From Gnetum montanum (lineage: Eukaryota > Plantae > Gnetophyta), in contig MNCI01002813.1 of assembly GCA_015680685.1 (NCBI GenBank), positions 958,398 through 1,022,397 on the forward strand: a stretch of DNA of 64,000 nucleotides, written 5' to 3'. Within the stretch, counting starts at the first letter, position 1, and each line of letters begins with the position of its first letter. The position numbers and the translations under genes are program-made. The notes below the pieces were generated by a model, which was given only the letters and a program-made list of their open reading frames with translations, had not been told where the DNA came from and searched no databases. Positions 53,701-64,000 of this stretch are shown one piece after another.

Positions 53701-56266
53701 AATGCTCGTAATCAAGTTGTACTCCTGCGTTGTGACGAGCAGCCGATTCCTTGATTAGCCGTACACATCCGTAGATGCTCGTAATCAAGTCGTACTCGTG
53801 CACACTAATAACAAAAAATAAATAGCAATAAATAAAACCATGTACTGCAAGGTTTATCCAATCAAGTTCGTCTTTATTGCCGTACACAACTTGAGTTCAG
53901 GTTACAAAGTTGCTCGAATAAAAAGCCGTTCACTCTAGGACTCCTACTGCAGGCGCATGGGAAATTAATCTAACTCTGGAGTGTTCAAATTGCCAGAGCT
54001 TCGCTACTTCTAGCCAGGATTGGGAAATGAAGGGAGTGCCATCTCTTATTTATAGATATGGTGGCGGACCGTGATATCGTGACCTATGCAATATGCGTCT
54101 CATCATACCCCCATGATTGAATAAAAACTCGTCCTCGAGTTCCTTACAATGATATTAGGTAGGTATGGGATTATTAGGGGAAATGGAACTAATGGAATGA
54201 CATGTGAATGGTTCATTATTACAAGACTTTGACAAGACTGGTGTTCATGAAAACAAGGGTAAACACCTTATTACAATGACATCAGGCCACATTTGGCAGC
54301 TGAGAGAAAAGAGGAGAGAGAATAGAAGAGAAGAAGAGGGAAGAGTCTTGTTGCTGCCAACGCCGAGATTGCGCCTTCCATTGTCCATCCGTAAGTGCAT
54401 CATTAATCCTACTCCTTGCATAGCTGCTTCAACGCTGCTCCACTCCAAGTGTTTACTCTAGATCCATTTTGTTGTTGTATGATTGCCATCTGCACACACA
54501 ACACGATCATATATTAGCAAGGGTAATTGAATCATTAAGTAAATAATACCTTGCTTCAGTGTAGGTTCATTGGCTTGGTTGTGGTATGGCTGAGCTGGAT
54601 TTGGGAAGATGGAAATGATGATTACCGAAGGTGTAGGGGTTAGGAATAGAAACGAAAAAATTCAGGGCTTAGGAGAAAAATCAAAAAAGTGGGCCCCATA
54701 CCCCCATGACTAATCGCGAACCTCCGGTAGCGATAGAATGGAGAAAGAAGAGGAGTAAGAAAGATAGGTAAAAAGGGACAACTATGGCATCGATGAAAGG
54801 GATGTCAAGATGGAAATGAACAAAATAATAAAATGAATTGCAAAATGTTAAGGGAAAGAAGTTAACTAGTGCTCCAAATAGGAATGTTAGTGGGTCCTCC
54901 CCAAAGTAGGCTCATGCCCTTAATGCCCTGATAATCCCACATTCAAAGAGTCTGTAGGCTCTGGGAATGTCCATTAGAACAAGAGTGAAAGTATTAACTA
55001 GAAGAATTTACCAAAAAGAAAATAATGAATCAACCAAAATATATACACTAATGATACAACCGGCAATGAGGTGAACAGTGGAGAGAAGGATGGAAAGAAG
55101 AGGATGGAATGGAATCCCAAGGACAAGGTGGTGTACAGCCCCTTGTGTGTTACATGATTAATGTGACTTGGTGAATCTCATTCCAACTCTGGCCTCAAAC
55201 CAACCACTTCCAGTGACTTCGCATCAATGCATTTGGTTAAACCATCCACTTGGATGACAAGGATGCATCGTCAAAGAGCCACCACCATTCCGACGAAACA
55301 AAGGAGAGAATGGGAAGCGAGAAGGGCCTTAGTTAGAGGGAACACTTAGGTTCCATAACCAGTCCTTGGAGCCAAAATTTTATTTCGTCTAAGGGGTGTG
55401 CTTTGAATCCTCACATTTTTTTTGTGTTTTGTGTTTTTATGCGTGGGGACCACACCATGCAAAGACTTCTTATTTTTATTGTCTTAGATTCCGATTATTG
55501 GGTAACATTGGAACGGTAAGAAAACTTAAGAAGAAAACATCCAAGCACCCAAGTGAATGACCAACACAAAAGCATCAAGTTCCCTTGAAATCACACCCTT
55601 TGCAATCCTTGAGTCCTTCCTTAGTTTGAGAAATTCCCAGTCACCGGTTCATTAAAGTTCTTATTGGAAGGGAACTGTACATTTCCAAGCCAAGAGAAAC
55701 CATAGACTTTGATGGATGGATGAATGAAGTGATCTCATTGGTTGCCATATCAAAAGGAACATACCTTAGTATCAACATTGTAACTTCAAGGTAAAAATCA
55801 AACACTAGCAATTAATGAAAAATAGTTCATTCCATCGACCTGAACACTTATTGGGTGACAAACTTACATGGTGGATGACACACAAAAAAAAAAAAAAAAT
55901 TATAACGATGTTGTAAAAAAAAATAGAAAAAGTTAAAGAAAGTTGTAAAACAAAAATTAGAAAAGTTAAAGAAAGTGTAAAATAAAAATGTGTAAAACAA
56001 AAACTGAAAAAGGACTGAGGGCCCCATATGATTAGCATAGGTGGCCATATCCCCCATGACTGAGTTGTAAGGGAGAGATTCGAAATAGTGAGAACCTATT
56101 TGAATTTCTAAGAAGTGCCCAAGTTCTCCCAATTGATGATCTTAAGTTGAGGGGTGGAAGTTGGTGACGCTCATGTTCCAATGCGTCTATGCCACAGTTG
56201 CTGGCATGAGTTTCCTCAGTTCGTTCCATGCATATTTTTCTGCTCCTACGAGTAGCTGTCAACCAC

Positions 56267-56719
56267 NNNNNNNNNNNNNNNNNNNNNNNNNNNNNNNNNN
56301 NNNNNNNNNNNNNNNNNNNNNNNNNNNNNNNNNNNNNNNNNNNNNNNNNNNNNNNNNNNNNNNNNNNNNNNNNNNNNNNNNNNNNNNNNNNNNNNNNNNN
56401 NNNNNNNNNNNNNNNNNNNNNNNNNNNNNNNNNNNNNNNNNNNNNNNNNNNNNNNNNNNNNNNNNNNNNNNNNNNNNNNNNNNNNNNNNNNNNNNNNNNN
56501 NNNNNNNNNNNNNNNNNNNNNNNNNNNNNNNNNNNNNNNNNNNNNNNNNNNNNNNNNNNNNNNNNNNNNNNNNNNNNNNNNNNNNNNNNNNNNNNNNNNN
56601 NNNNNNNNNNNNNNNNNNNNNNNNNNNNNNNNNNNNNNNNNNNNNNNNNNNNNNNNNNNNNNNNNNNNNNNNNNNNNNNNNNNNNNNNNNNNNNNNNNNN
56701 NNNNNNNNNNNNNNNNNNN
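56267..56719. other. assembly gap (N run)
   Basis: Run of N. Confidence 1.
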
Positions 56720-57647
56720 GTCCGCCAACTCTAGTTGGATGTTGCTCTTCTTAAGTTGTGGCAGGTTCCAGGCGTGATACATCTGTTGCGAAATTAAGTT
56801 GACTCCAGAACCTGAGTTAAGAAGAGCCCTATGTGGTGCATTTCCAGTGATCTGCAAATAAATAAAGGGACTCCTAGGATCAGTTAGTATCTTGGAAAGG
56901 TGGCTTACCTTGATCTAGTTAGTTACGGTATGTGTTAACATAACCGTATGCATTACACTCCCTTGGACTGAAGGGTTCTCCGAAGCGTTAGTGGTTAGAG
57001 GCCTATACATGTACCCATATGCTTGTTGTTGCGAGAGTTTGTCTGGGCTCCTAGTCCTGAAAAAATGTCTCTTCTTTGTACAATTGTCATTAGAACTAGT
57101 ACCCGGTTGGATATTTACATGCTAAATATTTACAGCTCTCGCGGTGTTACGTTGCTGCGGTTGAGTGGGTAATTCCCATTGCATTGTTGGAACAGGTTGT
57201 ATGGGAACTACAGGAGGAAGAGGTGCGGGTGGAGTTAGAGGATGGAATGAATGTGAGATGTCTCTCGGAGGAGAAGGAGTCCTTCTGAAGTACTCCCAAG
57301 CTTGGTAGTGAGGTTGGGGGGTAGTGTGACCCATAGAGTCACCTGGAGAAACCGACTGCTGCACATAATAACCGTAAGGATCAGGCTACCAGTAAGGGTA
57401 TTGTTGTGTTGGTGGTGGCGTCCACCATGACTATGGGTATTGCCACTGCTGATGTTGTCCAATGGGCTATGGAGGCATTCCACTTGGATAATACGTCAAG
57501 GGTTGGTGGAACTACCTTGGGTTACCTTGTGGATAAGGTAACCTTCAGGGTGTTTGCCGTTGATTAAGTCTTGGATTTAGTGCATACACCCTAGACTCCT
57601 GCAGATGTGAGATAATTGGGCAACATCCCTTAGGATGGTCATAGTAG

Positions 57648-58257
57648 NNNNNNNNNNNNNNNNNNNNNNNNNNNNNNNNNNNNNNNNNNNNNNNNNNNNN
57701 NNNNNNNNNNNNNNNNNNNNNNNNNNNNNNNNNNNNNNNNNNNNNNNNNNNNNNNNNNNNNNNNNNNNNNNNNNNNNNNNNNNNNNNNNNNNNNNNNNNN
57801 NNNNNNNNNNNNNNNNNNNNNNNNNNNNNNNNNNNNNNNNNNNNNNNNNNNNNNNNNNNNNNNNNNNNNNNNNNNNNNNNNNNNNNNNNNNNNNNNNNNN
57901 NNNNNNNNNNNNNNNNNNNNNNNNNNNNNNNNNNNNNNNNNNNNNNNNNNNNNNNNNNNNNNNNNNNNNNNNNNNNNNNNNNNNNNNNNNNNNNNNNNNN
58001 NNNNNNNNNNNNNNNNNNNNNNNNNNNNNNNNNNNNNNNNNNNNNNNNNNNNNNNNNNNNNNNNNNNNNNNNNNNNNNNNNNNNNNNNNNNNNNNNNNNN
58101 NNNNNNNNNNNNNNNNNNNNNNNNNNNNNNNNNNNNNNNNNNNNNNNNNNNNNNNNNNNNNNNNNNNNNNNNNNNNNNNNNNNNNNNNNNNNNNNNNNNN
58201 NNNNNNNNNNNNNNNNNNNNNNNNNNNNNNNNNNNNNNNNNNNNNNNNNNNNNNNNN
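57648..58257. other. assembly gap (N run)
   Basis: Run of N. Confidence 1.
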
Positions 58258-59802
58258 CTATATTTTGCAAGGCACAGGCATCGTGGAATGCCTGTAAATG
58301 ATGTTGAGGATCAGCGTTGTATCCCCCTTCAAAACGTGGGATATTATTTATGTCCAAACGCTTGATCCTATTGTCTTTTAAATGTCTTGTGGGGATCCTA
58401 ACTGCCTCTCTGATATCAAGCATGCTTCGGGTTGTGAGTAGGGGTTCATCATGATCATCTCTTTCATGATGTCTGTGATGTCTACGTGGTGGTTCCCTAC
58501 TCTCCATACATCCTTGCCCTTGTCCTAACTCCTCTCGACCTTCCTATCGAGGTCTTTCATCATCCTTTTTACTTTTACCCTCTCTGTTATGCTCATGATG
58601 GTTGCACCTAGATGTGGAAGGAGAGTGTGAATGGTGAGATGAAGGAGAAGAGGAAGGGGATCCATCACCGTGGTGATGTTTCTTACCTTCTCTTCAGCTG
58701 CTTCGGCCTCGATCGTTGTAACGATCTAAGTGTCTGTCCTTAGTGTTAGTGGTTGTTCCTACTGTGAACAGTTGGTGCTCACAAGGATCATCATTGTCTA
58801 AGAAATCCATGGTGAGGGGTTCCTCGTCTCCTACTTCACTAATGACATGGGGGACCCTGCCCTTCAACAATGAATGTTGGCTCTCCTGCCTTTCGTCCTG
58901 AATATGTTGCAAAGCGGTGGGATGATAATCCCTTATATGATATCTTCCAGCAACGTATTCAGCGAATAAGTCTTGCATGCCAATCTGTGCTAAGGCATAG
59001 AAAAGCATGTTCGGAACGGATCGATCTGATGGTAAAACGATATTACCAAACAAATCTCTCTAGTGCAACTGTTCATCTTGATGGAGAGTAAAAGTGTAAT
59101 TCGGAATATACTCATCAGGATGAGTATAAGTTATCGTATACTATTTAGGACCTGGCTGGTCTAGGTTATGCGTCTGATGCTGACTGTCTTCTGTATTGTC
59201 CTTAGGTGAGTTGATTTTGTGAGAAGAAGCCATTTTTATACTGGTGTGCTGTTTAACATTATTCTATGTTCTTAATTAATTGATTAACCCGAGGGTTCGT
59301 TGAGGTTCACAACGATGTGAATGATTCCCTTATGTTCAAATTGGCGTAAAAAACACTTAGTCCTCAGCAATGGTGCCAATGATGAGTGGCGAGGTACCCC
59401 TACACTCAACCATACGAATACGAGTGTGGACGTGTGATCCGGTCGAACTCCGCAGACTAAATGTCTTAACGCCACAAGAAACACTCAGGGTTAATCGTTT
59501 GTTGTCTTCCTAGGCTTGCTTGTATGTGTCATGGTGTCTGGTTAAGCAAGTCCAAGGTATATGATTTTTTTGGTATTTTTCAGTTTATCTCCTAAGCTAT
59601 GAGAGAAAGGGTTGAGAAACTAAGCTAACTCTAACTAAGGATCTAGGTCTAAATTAACTAGCGTCAGCATCCATTCCCACTTACCATACACACCTTGAAC
59701 TGTGCAACTGTGGCTTACCAAATGCTAATCATTACTAGGATTACCACACGTAACGCACGTGCTCGAAGTGGTCATACTGAGGCACCTAGTTAGCCTAAGT
59801 GT

Positions 59803-60087
59803 GATAAGTAGCCGATTCCTTGGCTAGCCGTACACACCCGTGGGTGCTCATAGCCAAGTCGTACTTATCCCACGTTCTAGCCTAATGCGGTGAGCAGCCA
59901 ATTCCTTGACTAGCTGTACACATTGGACTACCACTGGGATTACCAAGTGTAGATCCTAGAATACGCTACTGGGTTACCAAGCAGCCACAATGCTCGTAAT
60001 CAAGTCGTACTCCTGCATTGTGACGAGCAGCCAATTCCTTGATTAGTCGTACACATTCGTAGATGCTCGTAATCAAGTCATACTCGT
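59803..60087 (-). ncRNA. array of three covarying RNA stem-loop motifs in the EA LTR (putative U5 cis-element)
   Basis: Copies 60023-60087, 59892-60012 and 59803-59869 show compensatory stem changes; see findings. Confidence 0.55.
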
Positions 60088-60334
60088 GCACACTAACAAC
60101 AAACAATAAATAACAATAAATAAAACCATGTACTGCAAGGTTTATCCAATCAAGTTCATCTTTATTGATGTACACAACTTGGGTTTAGGTTACAAAGTTG
60201 CTCGAATAAAGAGCCGTTCACTCTAGGAATCCTATTGCTGGCACATGGAAAATTAATCTAACTCTGGAGTGTTCAAACTACCAGAGCTTTGCTACTTCTA
60301 GCCAGGATTGGGAACTGAAGGGAGTGCTGCCTCT

Positions 60335-60445
60335 TATTTATAGATATGGCGGCGGACTGCGATATCGCGTACGCGATATCGCAGGGAAGGACGCGATATC
60401 ACAGGGGATGCGATATCGTGGCAGATGTGATATCGCGGCCTGTGC
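60335..60445 (-). promoter_or_regulatory. EA LTR promoter: palindromic GCGATATCGC repeat array upstream of TATA box CTATAAATA
   Basis: TATA at ~60335-60343 on the minus strand, preceded by about five GATATC-centred palindromes. Confidence 0.65.
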
Positions 60446-60461
60446 AATATGCGTCTCATCA

Positions 60462-63400
60462 CCATTGAAATATGTATTTCTAAATAATGAAAAATTGGTA
60501 ATTATCGATGGTCATCTCATCAAGAATTAAAAGGAGGAGCTACTAAGCAAATGATCCATAGTCCTTGCATGGTTATATGATGAAATCATAGGGATATATC
60601 TTTACATATGCTAGAATTGAATTTACATAAACACTATTATTAAGTTCAACTGATAATTGCAAAGGAGGTTGAATTCAAAATTGAATGAAGTTGTTAAAAA
60701 GGAGGTAGAAAAGCTCTTGAACATTGGGTTTATTTATCCTATATTAGACAATGTGTGGGTTATCCCACCTATCATTGTATCAAGGAAATAAGGACAATGA
60801 AGGATCTCTATTAAAATCATATTATTGAGCATGAACACTTTTAAGGATTAATTTTCTCTACCATTTGTGGAGCAAGTTTTGAACACTATAGTAGGTCACA
60901 AGTATTCTAGTTTTTTGGATGGATACAGTGGCTATAAAAAAATCCAAGTTGCATCAAAAGATTAGGCCAAAACAATGTTTACAAGCTCCATGTTGCAATT
61001 GGAAAATTTGATCACTCGAAAAAATTGAAGAAGATCTAGTGCACAATAGTTCCGAAACCCATGAATCCCTAGGGCCTTCATAAAAAAAATGGGATTCAAG
61101 ACACCCTAGTCAATCCAATAGATTAATTAGGGAATTGGAGGATTTAAAAAATGGTGTAGTCAAATGGAATGCAAAAATTGATAATAGATCTAAATAATGC
61201 ATAGAAAATAAACAAATATATCTTACACATAAAACCCAAAACTTAAAAATTTATTGAGAAAAAATAAATATTAAGTTAGTGAAATGTGCTCAAATGGTGC
61301 TTGAATGGACAGTAGGAGGGTCCACTTGGATAGGGGTTCAGGTTCCATTGAAGTCGATATAGTCAACCTCATGATCTGGATGTCCTACTACTCTTGATGT
61401 TATCGAGCCTTTGATGCCGCAATCTCAGATCTGCAACATTGGATACTTCTAGGGGGTGAAAAAAGTAGAATATTTGGATGCTAGATTACTCCATGTTAAG
61501 GTTTGGGAATCCTAGAAGTGAAGTGTTGACACAAAAAATCTACAAATCTCAAGGTGATAGTGCTTCCATGTTGGGGTTCAAGAGAATGCAAACATGGGAG
61601 ATTGCAAGAGCCCTTGAGTAATTGAAAATACCCCAAGTGTGGAATTATTACTTATAGAATGTATGTCTGATCAATGTACTCAAGTGCCAAAAGAATTGGA
61701 TCCTCTCAATGGTGTTTGAGGTTGGTTTTTATAGGTTTTAGGCCATGAATGGGGTTGTAAAAATATGCCCCCTTGGTTTATGTAATGTCCCTACCACTTT
61801 CAATGTCTTATCCTTAGCATCTTTTAGTAGCAAATTGACAATGGTGTGGAAGTCTTCATGAATGACTTCTCCACTTATGATGTTGATTCTAATAGGCATT
61901 GGATCATCTTGTGCAAGTACTAAAATGATGTGTGAAGACTAACCTAAGGCTCAATTGGTGGAAAAGCTTAATGTTCTAGGAGGACATTGTCCTAGGGAAT
62001 CAAATTTTAATAAAAGAAATTAACATATACCTAGAAAAAATAAAGGTCATCGAAAAAATAATAAAATAACCTAAAATAGTCAAAGGATGTGAGATCATTT
62101 CTTGGACACACACACAATAATAGGCGAGTTTTCAAAAACTTATCCAAAATCACCAAACCACTCATGGAGCTCAATAAGGATGTAGCATTCAAATGGACTA
62201 AGAAATGTGAATAAGCATTCTAGCTCTTGAAATAGAAGCTTGTAGAAACACCAATTCTACACACACTAGATTGATCCAAACCATTCCACATTATGGTAAA
62301 TGCATCCAATTATGCATTGGAAACAATAATTACATAGATGGATGATCAAAAACATCCAAAGTATATCCATTATGCAAGTAGAAGCATTGTGGATGAACAA
62401 CTTAATTACATCTCAACAAAAAAAAAAAGAATTAATGGTGGTGGGGTATGCTCTTGAAAAATTCAAGTACTATGTACTTGGATACTTAATTTTTATGCAC
62501 ATTGATCATAGTGCCATTCGCTTTCTCATGAATAAGTTAATAATGAATCCTTGTGTTATACTATGGTTGGTGATCTTATATGAGTTGTATTTAACAATGG
62601 TAGATGAAAAGAAGATTGATAATGTTATTGCTAATCATTTATCTTGGTTAAGGTGGGATAACAAGGCTCATGAAGAATATTTATCTAACCAATTTTCAAA
62701 TGAGTTATTTTTCTCTAAGACAACTTTGATCATAGCGTCACCCAAAATTATAGATTAGTATGATGAATTCCTCACATACTTAATCACTTAGAAGACTCCT
62801 ATAGAATGGAATCATAAAAAGACACTACAATTCCTTCACCAAGTCAAATATTACATAGAGACAAGAGGTAACCTCTATAAAATCTATGTAGATATCTTGC
62901 TCTAATTATGTGTACCAAATAAATATTAACTTCAAGTTCTTTAGGATGCTCATGAAGGTCCTTGTGGAGCCATTATGTAGGAAGGAGAAAGACCATTAAA
63001 ATCTTGATTGTGGAATATTTTTGACACATAATCTTCAAATATGCCTATCTTTTTACCCATTCCTATAAATGATGTCAATAGGATGAAGGAATGACAACTA
63101 TAATGGAGAGATCCCAATAGTGTATTCAATTACTGGAGCCTTTTAATCTCTAGAGGACCAATTTTATGGAACACATCACTTAAATATCTAATGAAAAGTA
63201 TCATATTATTAGTATTATTGACTATTGCATCAAATGGGCTAAAGTTGTAATTGCACCAACTATAATTCTTCCACTATAGCCTGATTCTTTAAGCAATAAG
63301 TAGTAAACATATTTGGTATACCAAGAGAACTATGTTTGATAATGAAATTGATTTCACTAATGACACATTCTAGAAGTTGATGCAATATGTGGAGGTGGAA

Positions 63401-64000
63401 AATAAACTCATAACTACTTATCAAGCCTAAGCCCACGATCAAGTTTAAGTTACCAACAAGGAGATTAAAATAATTATAACAAGAACCATTAGTAGGTATA
63501 GAAAAGACAAAAGCACCAAATTTAACGATACTCTATGGGTCTATCATTCATCATGGAAGCTTCTTATAGGCTACTCTCCCTATGAGTTAGTATACAAAAA
63601 GTTATTTAAACTTCCAATTGAAATGAAACTTCATATACTCACAACTACATATGACCTTGACCTAAACATTGACATAGCATAGAAGGAATGATTAATGACA
63701 CTCAATATACTAGATGGGAATCAAAGGGTAGCTTTAATGATGAATGGAGTGCATAAGGCATACCACAAACAATTACATGATGCATGAATAAAGAGAGTTG
63801 CATTTCAACTAAGAGATAAGGTTTTCTATTGAAATCCTACACATGTGCCTCAATAAACTATGTTCCAAACACTATGGGAAGGATCATACATTTTACATTT
63901 AAATTTTCCTTCTAGGTCTATGACAATCTACCATCCAACAAGCCCTAAAAAGTACATGTTGTTCAACATCCAACAAATGAAACCTTTTAAAGACTTTCAA
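60462..64000 (+). mobile_element. degenerate Athila-like pol (RT-RNase H-integrase), probably the continuation of E3
   Basis: VVKKEVEKLLNIGFIYPI, FLDGYSGY, VEVFMNDFS, KKELMVVGYALEKFKYY and integrase motifs. Runs off the window end. Confidence 0.88.
60991..61765 (-). mobile_element. truncated LTR of another family inserted in the RT region
   Basis: The RT reading frame breaks after KTMFTS at a TGTTG junction (CAACA on the minus strand) and resumes at MP.GLCN. TATA-like CCTATAAAAACC at ~61730 on the minus strand. Confidence 0.6.

Larger units (their letters stand above)
56100..59233 (-). pseudogene. EA gag-protease with long N-terminal extension
   Basis: ATG 59233 (MASSHKINSP) is in the same frame as ORFs 58694-59053 and 57545-58507 (IPRFEGGYNADPQHHLQAFHDAC, gag core). 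Protease site reads ALLNSGSGVNLI (catalytic D->N). Partly in N gaps. Confidence 0.8.
53697..60461 (-). mobile_element. young non-autonomous Athila-like element EA (gag + protease only)
   Basis: Complete 5' LTR 59380-60461 (TGATGAG...CTCATCA); PBS TGGCACCATTGCTGAGGA; PPT TCAATCATGGGGGTA; truncated 3' LTR 53697-54105. CpG-rich relative to neighbours. No RT, RNase H or integrase. Confidence 0.88.

Noticed and set aside
54885-54930. group II intron domain V (GAGCC...GGGGAGG)
   Set aside because: There is no 34-nt DV hairpin with the AGC triad and bulge, no DVI and no GUGYG 5' end.
56161-58297. long plus-strand ORFs spanning X runs
   Set aside because: They are created by N gaps; only the minus-strand gag/protease flanks are real.
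59100-59130. hammerhead ribozyme core (CUGAUGAG on the minus strand) / retrozyme
   Set aside because: It is followed by CGAAUU rather than GAAA, with no stem II/III. It lies in gag coding sequence (THPDEYIP) and is simply a short palindrome.

Overview
This is AT-rich eukaryotic nuclear DNA from a plant. The retroelement types and strong CG/CHG decay suggest a large-genome seed plant such as a gymnosperm, but that is inference. There are two assembly gaps (56267-56719, 57648-58257). I found one intact host gene, on the minus strand: five coding exons (3984->1584, about 555 aa) encoding PHD finger + ELM2-like + CW-like zinc finger, similar to the Arabidopsis AT2G19260 family. Its probable promoter and first exon lie near 12 kb, so a full-length Ty1/copia element sits in its 5'-UTR intron. 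An orphan, disabled last exon of a SUVR3-type SET-domain methyltransferase lies at 48.6-49.0 kb. The rest is a nest of transposable elements: three copia copies; at least five pieces of an Athila-like Ty3/gypsy lineage (tRNA-Asp PBS, TGATGA...TCATCA LTRs, post-pol ORF2); a probable 5.2-kb solo LTR carrying a decayed ORF; two LINE fragments; and a cluster of two tRNA-derived SINE families. The most interesting signals are non-coding and lie in the youngest, RT-less gypsy copy. One is a tandem array of three covarying RNA hairpin motifs in its LTR. The other is a roughly 1-kb conserved, apparently structured region downstream of pol that is shared by four diverged copies. No CRISPR, rRNA or intact tRNA genes were seen. 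All alignments and folds were done by eye.
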